Positions 18,001 through 33,068 of a stretch of 64,000 nt of DNA are shown piece by piece. The stretch is from Bugula neritina. Its lineage: Eukaryota > Animalia > Bryozoa. Position 1 is the first letter of the stretch. The number at the start of each line of letters is the position of its first letter. The notes under the pieces were generated by a model, which was not told the origin of the DNA, searched no databases, and saw nothing but the letters and a program-made list of their open reading frames with translations. The position numbers were made by a program, and so were the translations under genes. Location: the NCBI GenBank assembly GCA_964035545.1, contig CAXIUT010000236.1:13581-77580 (forward strand), written 5' to 3'.

Positions 18001-19180
18001 TCTATTATATTATATAGTTTATATTCTCTATTATATTATATAGTATATACTCTATTATATTATATAGTTTATATTCTCTATTATATTATATAGTTTATAC
18101 TCTCTATTATATTATATAGTTTATACTCTCTATTATATTATATAGTATATATTCTCTATTATATTGTATAGTTTATACTCTCTATTATATTATATAGTTT
18201 ATATTCTCTATTATATTATATAGTTTATATTCTCTATTATATTGTATAGTATATATTCTCTATTATATTATATAGTTTATATTCTCTATTATATTATATA
18301 GTTTATATTCTCTATTATATTATATAGTATATATTCTCTATTATATTATATAGTTTATACTCTCTATTATATTATATAGTTTATATTCTCTATTATATTA
18401 TATAGTTTATACTCTCTATTATATTATATAGTATATATTCTCTATTATATTATATAGTTTATATTCTCTATTATATTATATAGTTTATATTCTCTATTAT
18501 ATTATATAGTTTATACTCTCTATTATATTATATAGTATATATTCTCTATTATATTATATAGTTTATACTCTCTATTATATTATATAGTTTATACTCTCTA
18601 TTATATTATATAGTTTATATTCTCTATTATATTGTATAGTTTATACTCTATTATATTATATAGTTTATATTCTCTATTATATTATATAGTTTATATTCTC
18701 TATTATATTGTATAGTTTATACTCTATTATATTATATAGTTTATATTCTCTATTATATTATATAGTTTATATTCTCTATTATATTATATAGTTTATACTC
18801 TCTATTATATTATATAGTATATATTCTCTATTATATTATATAGTTTATATTCTCTATTATATTGTATAGTATATATTCTCTATTATATTATATAGTTTAT
18901 ATTCTCTATTATATTATATAGTTTATACTCTCTATTATATTATATAGTATATATTCTCTATTATATTATATAGTTTATATTCTCTATTATATTGTATAGT
19001 ATATATTCTCTATTATATTATATAGTTTATATTCTCTATTATATTATATAGTTTATATTCTCTATTATATTATATAGTTTATATTCTCTATTATATTATA
19101 TAGTTTATATTCTCTATTATATTATATAGTTTATATTCTCTATTATATTATATAGTTTATATTCTCTATTATATTATATA
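1..19180. repeat. 26-bp AT-rich satellite (consensus TATAGTTTATATTCTCTATTATATTA), ~735 monomers; opposite orientation in 1-1450
   Basis: Period of 26 read directly (e.g. GTTTATATTC at 3001 and 3027). A few variants recur (GTAT/GTTT, ACTC/ATTC, TTGT). Bases 1-1450 are the reverse complement of the rest. Confidence 0.98.
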
Positions 19181-20015
19181 ACATTTACAGTAATACAGTA
19201 GAACTATCTAATAGCAGTGCTGACTAGTAACATTTACAGTAATACAGAGAACTATCTTATAGCAGTGCTGACTAGTAACATTTACAGTAATACAGTAGAA
19301 CTATCTTATAGCAGTGCTGACTAGTAACATTTACAGTAATACAGAGAACTATCTTATAGCAGTGCTGACTAATAACATTTACAGTAATACAGTAGAACTA
19401 TCTTATAGCAGTGCTGACTAGTAACATTTACAGTAATACAGTAGAACTATCTTATAGCAGTGCTGACTAGTAACATTTACAGTAATACAGTAGAACTATC
19501 TTATAGCAGTGCTGACTAGTAACATTTACAGTAATACAGTAGAACTATCTTATAGCAGTGCTGACTAGTAACATTTACAGTAATACAGTAGAACTATCTT
19601 ATAGCAGTGCTGACTATAGTAACATTTACAGTAATACAGTAGAACTATCTTATAGCAGTGCTGACTAGTAACATATACAGTAATACAGTAGAACTATCTT
19701 ATAGCAGTGCTGACTAGTAACATTTACAGTAATACAGTAGAACTATCTTATAGCAGTGCTCACTAATAACATTTACAGTGATACAGTAGAACTATCTTAT
19801 AGCAGTGCTGACTAATAACATTTACAGTAATAGAGTAGAACTATCTTATAGCAGTGCTGACTAGTAACATTTACAGTAATACAGAGAACTATCTTATAGC
19901 AGTGCTGACTAGTAACATTTACAGTAATACAGTAGAACTATCTTATAGCAGTGCTCACTAATAACATATACAGTAATACAGTAGAACTATCTTATAGCAG
20001 TGCTGACTAGTAACA
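19180..20015. repeat. 49-bp minisatellite (AACATTTACAGTAATACAGTAGAACTATCTTATAGCAGTGCTGACTAGT), ~17 copies
   Basis: Near-identical tandem copies read directly. Confidence 0.96.
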
Positions 20016-20240
20016 TATATACTATATAATATTACAGTATAATATAGTATGATATACTGTATAATATATTACAGTATAATATAGTATGATATACTATATA
20101 ATATGTTACAGTATAATATAGTATGATACACTATAATATATTACAGTATAATATAGTATGGTATAATATAATATATTACAGTATAATATAGTATGATATA
20201 CTATAATATATTACAGCATAATATAGTATAAATTACAATA
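20016..20240. repeat. 35-37-bp minisatellite (ATATTACAGTATAATATAGTATGATATACTAT...), ~6 copies
   Basis: The ACAG core recurs at 20034, 20071, 20108, 20143, 20178 and 20213. Confidence 0.9.
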
Positions 20241-20253
20241 TGTTTGCCAACAG

Positions 20254-20901
20254 GGGGAGTGCTGATTGCTGTGGTTACAATTGTCTTTGGCTTCGCTACT
20301 TACTACTTCATAAAGAATTATGGGAATGCAAAAGTTGCGGATGGGAGAGCATTTCAGCGAAATCAACAAAGGCTAGGTATATATTACTTTATTGTATTAC
20401 TGTATTATATTAATATATTATACTACTATATTATGTTACTATATTATGTTACTGTGTTGTGTTATATTGCTTTATTATATTACTATATTATACACAGTTA
20501 AGTGTATGTTACTGTATATACTATATATTACTACAATACATTGCTACGTTAGTTATATATAATTTATATAATATGATCCCATACAAGGTATAAATAATCA
20601 AATTGCAACATTATATAAGCTATATACTATACTATATATTATATTTTATGAAGTATATATAATACATCAGACTATTATAGTATTTTAGCTGTTATGTGAT
20701 TAGTAAATTATAAAATAATGCTAGTATAATAATAAGGAATAATGGTTTATTTATAATACATAAATTATAAGAAAAAATAATATATTCATAATATATAAAT
20801 TAGAACTACTTAATAATATATAATTCATATTATATGAGTTGAAAGTAAAAATATATTTATTGCATTTTGTGACAGAACAGCCAAGTGCAGATCCCTTTTA
20901 A
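20254..20901 (+). CDS. Last two coding exons (20254-20376, 20876-20901) of a single-pass membrane protein: TM helix plus short cytoplasmic tail; 5' exons not in window
   Basis: Acceptor CCAACAG at 20253 and donor G|GTATAT at 20377 define a symmetric phase-1 exon reading GVLIAVVTIVFGFATYYFIKNYGNAKVADGRAFQRNQQRL. Acceptor TTTTGTGACAG at 20875 continues in frame as EQPSADPF-stop. AATAAA lies near 21449. Confidence 0.65.
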
Positions 20902-20921
20902 TTACTGCAAGAGCTACTCGA

Positions 20922-21320
20922 ATATTACACACAGATATTACACAGATATTACACACAGATATTACACACAGATATTACACACAGGTATTACACACAGATA
21001 TTACACACAGATATTACACACAGATATTACACACGGATATTACACGCAGATATTACACGCATATATTACACACAGATATTACACACAGGTATTACACACA
21101 GATATTACACACAGATATTACACACAGATATTACACACGGATATTACACACAGATATTACACACAGATATTACACACAGATATTACACACAGGTATTACA
21201 CACAGATATTACACGCAGATATTACACAGATATTATACACATATATTACAAGGATATTACAAGGATATTACACACATATATTACCAGGACATTACAAAAT
21301 ATTACACACAGATGTTACAA
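20922..21320. repeat. 13-bp minisatellite (GATATTACACACA)n in the putative 3' UTR
   Basis: Direct tandem copies; explains the 13-aa periodic ORF 20885..21382. Confidence 0.95.
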
Positions 21321-21859
21321 GGATAAGAAAAGACTACTACATTTATGATTGTGTATTTAAAGCAAGTAGTTGTGATTACTAGAAGCTCTTTCATTAGAAT
21401 TCACGTATCAGTACTGTTATTGCTTCATCAGTCTTTAATACTACTTTTAATAAATTCCTGTGTTACAGCTTTAGTTTGTTATAGCAATGATATAATTATG
21501 TCAGTCATACAACTTCTTCCCTTTTTGAAAAGGGAGAAATTAATAGTCAACATTTAGGAAAGGGAGGGAAATAGTTTCTTTAAGTCACCTATTCAATTTC
21601 TTTATGTCTCTTTGCGATGTTAGTTTGTGTTTCTCTTTTTGATAGTTAATTTAGCATAGTCTATCTTCTTTTCCAGTTTATTTTGCCCTAAACATGATTT
21701 AAAAAGCTGCTTAAATTAAGGGGACAAATTTTTAAAAATATTTGATTGCTACATCTATGTTTTCCCTTCATTAGATTCTGAAACTTGAAGCACTAAAATT
21801 AGTGTACATTTTCTTTGCTGCATACAGATCACTGATTTGGTAATGCCATTGGAACCTTC

Positions 21860-21970
21860 AGGGTGATGATGAGTCATGAAATATAACACATGACGCAGCA
21901 ATAGTCACGTGATCAGTTACAGACGACTGAGCACGTGATCAGTTAAACAGACGACTGAGCACGCCTGCTG
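21860..21970 (+). promoter_or_regulatory. Candidate Pol II promoter (AP-1 TGAGTCA, duplicated E-box CACGTG module) upstream of the spliced non-coding unit
   Basis: CpG-enriched patch with a tandem duplication of CACGTGATCAGTTA..CAGACGACTGAG, followed by donor AAG|GTAATC at 22017. AP-1 and E-box motifs are retained in the inverted copy at ~46020-46125. Confidence 0.4.
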
Positions 21971-24900
21971 CGCTGTCATTAGTAAGTTGCTCAACTGAAA
22001 CTGTCATTGCACGAAGGTAATCCTTTATAATTTAGCATTTTATTTAATATGTTTTACTAACCTTTTACTGACTGTTAATTTGTATTTATTCATAGGCTTG
22101 GAATTCACATTGAATATTGTATTTAATTGATAGGTTACTACCCATTTCTAGTCAATTTGATTCTGCAGTCATTTGAGCAGATGCAACTGCAAGGCTTATA
22201 ATAAATTTCAATTTAGCTTAGCTTCAAGTTGGCTTAATTTCAACATAACATAATTTACCCTGTTCTTCTCTGGTCTGTTGAACTAAACTACAAAATCAAT
22301 ACTATATGAATAATAGTATAATTGAAATCAAATGTTTTAATTTTTTTCACTGTAGCCTTACCAGTACAATCAAGTTGAACTTATGCCCAATGGTTTAATT
22401 TGTTTGACTTTATTTTAGTTACATACTCATTATGGTCATAAACATTCCTTGAAATTGACAAGTTGAATATTCAGTTTAAGCTGCTGTAACTATAAAAAAC
22501 AAGTTATATTTCTTATTTGAAGAAATCTCTTTCTTGGTTCTGTAGACTATGTTGAAGTTATCATGGTACAATTTTCAATACTCTAGATTTTAGAGCCTAT
22601 GAGATGTCCCATACATGTCTGTCATCATTTATTCAACAATTTTAATTCATCAAATGTGTTTTGTTTTTTAGAATGTCTCCAAGCAGCTCAGATATTCACA
22701 CATTAGAGGACATATGGTCTACACCAGGAAGATAGGACCTAGCCAACTGTGGTCAGTTCTGTGAGCCCCATCTTGGTTATAATTAGGTATTTATTATTTA
22801 TGATAACTTACTGTGTTTTCAATTTTACAGGATTATAAGGAAAGAATTATCTTGTACTTCTTGTATTTTTCTTGATAACTGATGTCCATAATTCATGTAT
22901 ATCTATTTCAGTTTGAAGTAGTGAAAAAGTTATGTTTTTTTTCATTATTTTAGTCTTGTTAACTCCAAGTTTTGTGGAATTGTTCAAGTTAATCACTTGT
23001 AGTCTTTAGACTAGTATCTCAGCTCTGCAAACATTTACTATTAGCTAATTAAAATGAAATGTTTTATATATTAAGGTAGTTTAGAATATTCCTTGTCTGT
23101 TTTGTAGTTGTGTTTAACCACATGCAGATAGAAGCTATACCTTGATATCAAGACCAGTTTTATATCCATGAGATGCTCACAAGCCACATGTAGCAGTTGT
23201 CTTCTCTCTGTGTTTGATTCATCAAAACTTTTCATCAGTTCAGGTTTGTGTCTAAATGAATTGTTTATTGTAACAATATTTACTCTTTCCCTGTGTTATG
23301 TGCTATTAGATTTTAGCATTCATAAAGCTACTACCAGTGCATGGCAATGAGGTGAACTCAGTTGACCCATATCCGCTCCTTAGTACTTTTATTCTAGCTC
23401 CTAGGGGATAGCTACTCTCGTAAATGACGTTAGATTCAGCTTTTTCTACCTTCCCTTGGACAAAGTTTGATTTAAGATGAGCATAACAAGCGTTACTACT
23501 CAAATAGTGAAGCATGTGCTTTTGATCAAAGTTGCAATATAATTGTATAAAGTGTGGAATATATAACTTTGTAAAGTTGTGCACATGGAACTGTATAGAG
23601 ATGATGATTAAAATGCAACTGTGTGAGTGTGGTACATGAAATATTCATACTATATGTTCTGTTAGCTATGAACTCCACTGTTGATTGATTTTGCAGTGTA
23701 ACACTTGGCTGTTTTTCTGCTTTTAGTTTTAAAAAATTATGGCTGTTTATTTCATTCAAGAATTTCCAAACATGTTTCTAATAAAAGTTAAAACAGCCCA
23801 TTGTAAAGGCTCTTGCAAACCTTACCCAGCTTTAGCTATGTATGTAACCTTCCTGGCTCAAACCCAGTGTTGGTTTGTTTCACTTACAGGCTACTGATGG
23901 CTGCTTCATAATATTCTTTCTGGATGGTTTGGTATTAGTTGGAGTTGTTTGATCTCTACTTGACCTGAACTATTTTCAGACTGAGGTGAACTACATACTA
24001 CTCTATTTGAAGTGTGAGGTTAGCCGGTTATTATACTTTTTGCATGTCTAATTTTTCAGTAGTGTGTTGGAATTTTTGCATCTGTATCAGCTGTGATGAA
24101 AAGTAGACTTAATTTCTGTCAACATAAAACATATTATAGCCAGGAGAATATAAGCTCAGTAGAAGTGAAAATATATGCATCTTATCCTTGTTTGTCTGAA
24201 TGTCAATACAAAATTTGACCCAAGAGATGAGAAATCAGCACATGATTAGAATTTTATTTTAAGGTTTTACTTTTTATGGTAATGAAATCATTGCCTTCAT
24301 TGAACACCATCAATAAGTAATTTATTTGACTTTGGAGCTGTTTAAGCTGTTTCATGTAAATACTAGCAGCAAACCTCATTCCAACTAAATGAGCACTCTT
24401 CAATCATATTTATTATTTTGTCAATTTATTGCTAGCTTTGTGAAAACCTCTTATTAAATAATATAAGTTTACATAGTGCTATGCTTGCTTGTGGTAAGAA
24501 AATGAAGTCTGGTTTTCATTTTAGATATTTTATTATGGTTCTGTCAGCAAATCATGTTTTTTATTTAAATAATTATGACATTCTTCTATACATCTATACA
24601 TAAATAAGAATATGAATTTTCTTTTGTACTTCTCCATTTTGCTTCTGTTGCTTTCTTTACCACTGTTATATAAATTAAGCATTTTATTTCATTGTTTTTC
24701 ATGATATGCGACTGCTTAATTATAGGCTGCTTTCTTCTTGCAGTAACTGGTGTGATGGTCACATGGTCAGCTACTGGACAACCAACCAATTGGGTATAAA
24801 GTTGGACAAAGTCATTCTAGATTATTCTTCACATGTGTCAGCTGGATGAGCTATATGGAGGTAATTCCTGTTGTTTTTAATATATAGAGATATTTATTGT

Positions 24901-25919
24901 AGCAGTCTAAAAGAAAGTAGCAAAGTGAAAACAGTTACATCATAAGTTGTAAATGAAGTTGCAAGAAGCAAGCGTAAAGATAGGTGAAAATACTGGGTTG
25001 TTATACCAGTCAAAAAGGCCAGCTATATTGTAGTAGCCATAATTAATGTGGAAAAATCGTAATATAGCTTGCATAGCTGTAATAATACATGAAAAGCTAT
25101 AATGCATTTAATCACAATTCAACCAGTAAACAGTTTCAAACTTTTCATCGAGTTGTATTTACAAGAAGTACTAATAAAAGTTGCACTGAAGTTAAACTGA
25201 TATATTTTTTTACTTCTCTGTGAGTGGATATGACTTGGATGTTTTATGTGCCTTAACTTTACCTGATTATACATACCTGTGGTGGTTGATGTCTACTTTT
25301 ATATCATAATTATATATTTAGTTTGTTTTACCCTATCAGCTAAATATTCCAATTTTAAATTACTAGGGAATAGGTTTTAGCAGTGGCAGCTTAATTCTGC
25401 TCAAGTCTCACATAACTTAACTATATACCTCTGGTATTATGCATTATACAATGTACTTATTTTCTGTAGTCATAAAACTGGTTTTTGATGCTTCAACTAA
25501 ATTTTGTTGCTTTAAAGTCACTTTTATTGTGGATGTCTGCTTTGATTTCTCTATATAATTGTTGGTGTGCCATGCATGGGTTTTAAAGCTGTAAACACTG
25601 TTTTACGTTTCACAAAATATATATTGTTGTATCCTATATTATCATGATGTTAGTTATAAAAAAATTTCACTTGTCAAAAAGTGGTAATTTGTATAATTGA
25701 TAGTCATGAAAGGGGGGGGGGGGAATTCATGTGTTATATAATTCTACTGCACTATAAGGGAGAAAATATGTTGTCCGTATCAACTATCCTGTTGAAATTT
25801 GGGCATACATGCTTTTACAGATACACGCGTAACTGTATAAGGCATGAAAGTTGTTGGGACACTACATGAGCAGGGAAAGCTTTTGTTGAATCATTACAGC
25901 TTCAGTTGTATTAACATAG

Positions 25920-25993
25920 CTATGTTAGCTACATTAGGCTATGTTAGCTACATTAGGCTATGTTAGCTACATTAGGCTATGTTAGCTACATTA
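25920..25993. repeat. 19-bp tandem repeat (CTATGTTAGCTACATTAGG) x~4
   Basis: Seen directly; only ~2 copies in the inverted paralog near 36215-36260. Confidence 0.85.
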
Positions 25994-26482
25994 TGTTTTT
26001 CTCTGTTGCGTTATTTGCTTATGTACAGCTATTTTGGCTATTCCAGAAAAAAAGCTCTTTTCTAGACTGATATAAACCCTGTTCTTTCAGCTCTCTCTTC
26101 ATTCAGTCTTTGGAAATGCACATCTCTTTTAAAGTAACAGGAACTAACTTGAGAGTTGGTTGTTTTAGAAATGCTCACCTTTCATCTGAAGGATTTAAAG
26201 CGCCAAAGGCTTAAGCTACATGTACACACGCTGATTTTTTCAGCCGATTTTGTACTTCTCGATTTCGCTATTGCTGATTGAAAAATCGACTGATTTTCTA
26301 GGCAATTTTTATTTCCCGGGTTAATTTTCTGCTTGCGTTTTATTGGCGGATGGCTCTCAGTCTATACAACTTTCTTTTAGGTTCATGCGCAAAATTCAAG
26401 ATTAGTTTCACGTGCATTAGCATAGTAAACTGAGTAAACATACATCGGCATTATTATAATATACATTCTTTTCACACGTGAA

Positions 26483-29206
<2,724 letters not shown>

Positions 29207-29350
29207 TTGACTCTTTTGCTAGTTAGCAATGCATGTACTTTTGATTAAAATATTACATATTTTGCATTATATTTTACAAGAAATATTGATATTTTTGTTT
29301 CAGTTTTGTTTAAAACTATGCATATATTTATTTACACAACATACAAAAAT

Positions 29351-30835
29351 TTACATATATTGATAAGTCATGTGTGCATTTAGTTGCGATAAAATTGAAG
29401 AAGTACTCTCATGTGGTGATTCGGCTACGGCACCGTCTTCAGCAGAAGCACTAGCTGGCAGCAAACTGGGCACGTATGGCCTCCTAGTTGTTTCCGACTG
29501 CTGGCAGATAGCATCCACAACTTCCCCAGACAGGCGATGCATCAAGCGTCTCCTTACCTACAAAAAGTATATGAATTGATAAGCAGTGGTTTGATAATAT
29601 TTTAATCGCAACTAACGAAGTCTTGAGTCTTTTTAGTTACAATGCTTACAGCAACATTGGTGATCTGGCGTAGGTCAGCAACAAGCGCATCACCCCACAA
29701 GTCCAAGTGGTCCTTGGTTGGAGTGTTCAGAAACTCCAAACACTTCATCCTTAGATGATCTTTGGGATTGGATTCTAGTGGTCGCTAAAACAGAACATAA
29801 AAAGCATTTAAGAAAGTGTTAAGTATTACAAACCTGCCCAACTTATATCAAATCTTTTTTATTTGACATTTTAGTAAGATTGTAAATGAAGCAAACCACT
29901 ATATCTGTTATCGAATTACAGTTAACCCTAATTAAGCATTCTTGTGTTTAAAGTATGTTATTAAACCATCCTGCCATGTGGATTTTTTAGGCACAACAAT
30001 TTTTAATAGCTGGTATACAGCTCTCACACGTTCACCTTTATTGTGTGAAAGCCTAACTACTAACTTTTGTTCCTCTGTTACGTGGTGTGTTGCCACGCAT
30101 AGGTGGGGGAGATGTCACAGGTGGGGGAGATGTCACAGGTGGGGGAGATGTTACAGGTCGGGGAAATGTCACAGGTGGGGGCGATGTCACAGGTGTCCTA
30201 GATGCAGCTGGCAGCAGAAGTATTGATTCGGACCTTGATGATGTGGAAGATGGTTGTGAAGAATCACCTTGACTACTTCCATCATCCATCATCTGATTTC
30301 TATCCTAAACTCATATTATTATGTGAAATAATTAACAACCTATTAATAAATAATGTATGTTTACATCGATTTGCATACTACCACAATCACTACTGTTGCT
30401 TACCTCAGCAATAAGGTTGGAGTGCGAGCTCCTAGTTTTTAGAGTTGGCAAAAGAAAGAGCATCTGCTCGTAATATGGGTATGTTTTTTTGTTGCGCTCC
30501 TCTCCACCAGCTCCAGACGGCTGATGAAAGCGCCTTTTGTGCTCCTGTTAAAAATCATAGTACCTGTATGAATATTAATTTAAATATCATTTAAATTTTC
30601 TCATTCCAAATGCAGTGAGTATAAAATTATATTAAATTACCTTTGCAAAGTAAGTTCTATTGGTTTTGTGAAGAGTCTGAAGCTCTTCAGCCGATATTCC
30701 AACAAGAGCTGCCAGGTCAGCCCAAGCCCTCTTCTTGGCATCCTTGTTTGAATAAACCTTACTACGGTTATCCCACAGAGCAGGAAACTTCTCCAAGTTG
30801 TCGACATATTTTTGAGTAATCTCTGAATCGTACAT
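29351..30835 (-). CDS. Harbinger DNA-binding protein (MADF/Myb-SANT-like N-terminus, BESS-like C-terminus), 5 exons: 30835-30641, 30544-30404, 30304-30065, 29784-29650, 29557-29351; 305 aa
   Basis: MADF motifs FPALWDNRSKVYSNKDAKKRAWADLA and PSGAGG...YPYYEQMLFL. All four introns are GT-AG, phase 0, and the frame is open to the stop. Contains an 18-bp PVTSPP repeat and C-terminal DHLDLWGDALVADLRQI..RRRLM. Confidence 0.88.
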
Positions 30836-30889
30836 GATGAGGTATATATATTACAGCAGGCAGCACCGAACTGACTGCTGCCACCAATC

Positions 30890-31060
30890 ACGATCATATT
30901 TATGTTGAAAAACGGCCGTCTTGGAGCTAAATTAGCAAAAACTCACAATCATATTTATGTTGAGAAAACGGCCGTCTTGGAGCTAACTTATTAACAAAAA
31001 CTCACAATTATATTTATGTTGAGAAAACGGCCGTCTTGGAGCTAACTAAATTACTAACGA
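30890..31060. repeat. Three 56-59-bp tandem repeats containing AAAACGGCCGTCTTGGAGCTAA upstream of the MADF gene
   Basis: CGGCCG cores at 30913, 30969 and 31028. Confidence 0.85.
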
Positions 31061-33068
31061 AAATTCACGATCAGTGCAAATCTGTTCTTTCAACAAAAAT
31101 TAAACTATAAAGTTGAGATGCTAATATTAGTTACTTAAATATAAAAATTAAAACTAAAAGTTATAAATTGTATTATAAATGAGTAAAAGTTGAGAATAAT
31201 ACCAGTGTTCTATTTAAAAAAGCAATATGTTTATTCTGATGTTCTAATAAATAAAAATTGCGTTGTTATTACTACTAGTACTACTTCGATTGATAGTTAT
31301 TTTTATATTTGTATTTCATATATGATGCATCGTAGTGATAGCAACGTACTAATTACTTCCTAGTTGTATTTCAACAATGGTGTTAACTTCGCTCGCTGTC
31401 ATGATTTTCTGCCAGCTTTTGATTGGCTGGTTCAACAGAAAATCGCCCGATAAATTGAACATGTTCAATTCTGAAAATCGCTACAAAAATCTGCCAAAAG
31501 CAAAATCAGCCGATTTTTCAAAAATCCTAAAAAATCGCTAACAGTTTATCGGCCGATTTTCATGAAAAATCGACCTGTGTACATGTAGCTTTACAGTTCA
31601 TGCAGGCTAATATATAAGGTAAGTTTCATTTTTCATTTATTGGTGCACACAATTTATTTGATGAAGAATAGTTAATAAATTCAGTTTGATACAAAGTTGT
31701 TTGTGGATTAGGTGTTATTTATGTTCAACAATTGCTATGGCCATAATAAAAATAGGAAATGTTAGTTTTGAAGTATTGAGTTTACATAACTACCATCTCT
31801 AAATTGTGTTTTAGGATAGAATTACCCGTGGGGTGGATACCAGGGCTACATAGGATACTGTGTCAGTTGGAGACAGAGGGAACACACCAGTGAAAACTAC
31901 AGCTGTCGTCTCTACCCCTTCACCTGTGCTAGAAGTGGTGAGACAGTACTGCTCCTATAAATACTACTAGGCATGGTGAGACAATGATATACACCTACTT
32001 ATAATTTTCTTTCTTGAACAAGAACAGGCCATTCCACCACTGGTAGTTATTGCTAATTCAATTGCAAAGCTAGAACGTTTTTGGCTATATAGCAGGCTAC
32101 AATAGTTAGCTATTAAGCCATTAGAGAATAGCCTTTATTTTAAGTTATTTATAGCAAGCAGATGACAAATACAATTAGTAATCAGTATTCTATTATAAGG
32201 CATAGACCCATAAGGAGTGACCCACAAGGTAGCTATTTTGTATTGCATTATATTCAAATTTTGTTCTTTTGATAGTTTATAGTGTTGTAGCTTCACTGAA
32301 TGATATTTCTTGTATTTATGTTTTTTATTGCAGTCAGTTGGTCATGAGTGTATTATATAGTTGACATTGTTTAATAGGTTTCACTGTTAGTAAAGGTTGG
32401 TCACATAGAAATAAAGATGCAATTCAGTGGCAAATGAGCTTCAGACTCTACTTAGTCTTGAGAATGAAAATTTAATATACTGTTGCAGGAACGCTTACCA
32501 ACGGAGCTGGTGGAGACTGTCATAATTTAATATATTATTCTGTTTGTAGAGGCGCTGGCCAATATCAATCAATTCCTCAAGATTCCCTGCCTGCTGCACA
32601 TAGGTTGCGATATCAACTCAGCAGATGTTTTTCATGTCAGCCAATCAGATTTGCTGGAGTGAAGCACAAATATATTGCACCGTTGAGCCCTAGCAGGTGT
32701 CTTGTACCATGACTTCTAAGTCTGACATGTGTTCACAGGTGCCTTATGTCTCAGGAGATATGTTGACATTAGCTCACAAGTCTTCTTTTACATTGTTATG
32801 TACCAATGCAAAAGTAAATTTTTTTATACTAATTTAACTCTTTTTGTATACATTTTATCCATGCGTTAGTGTGCAACAATAAACTGATGACTATACTATT
32901 TTCACCAGGTTTTTTGATATACCCATTTCTAGGATCCAATGTATTAGGCTTGCCTAATTTTATTACAAGAACTTTTATGTTTTTTTACATGTATTTTATT
33001 TGATTACAAATGCAACAATAAATACTACGGTGGCAGGTGGCTACCTTTGTGGAATGGCTCTTTTTGTA

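Noticed and set aside
20885-21382. 165-aa THRYYTQILHTDI repeat ORF
   Set aside because: Translation of the 13-bp minisatellite, downstream of the likely real stop at 20901.
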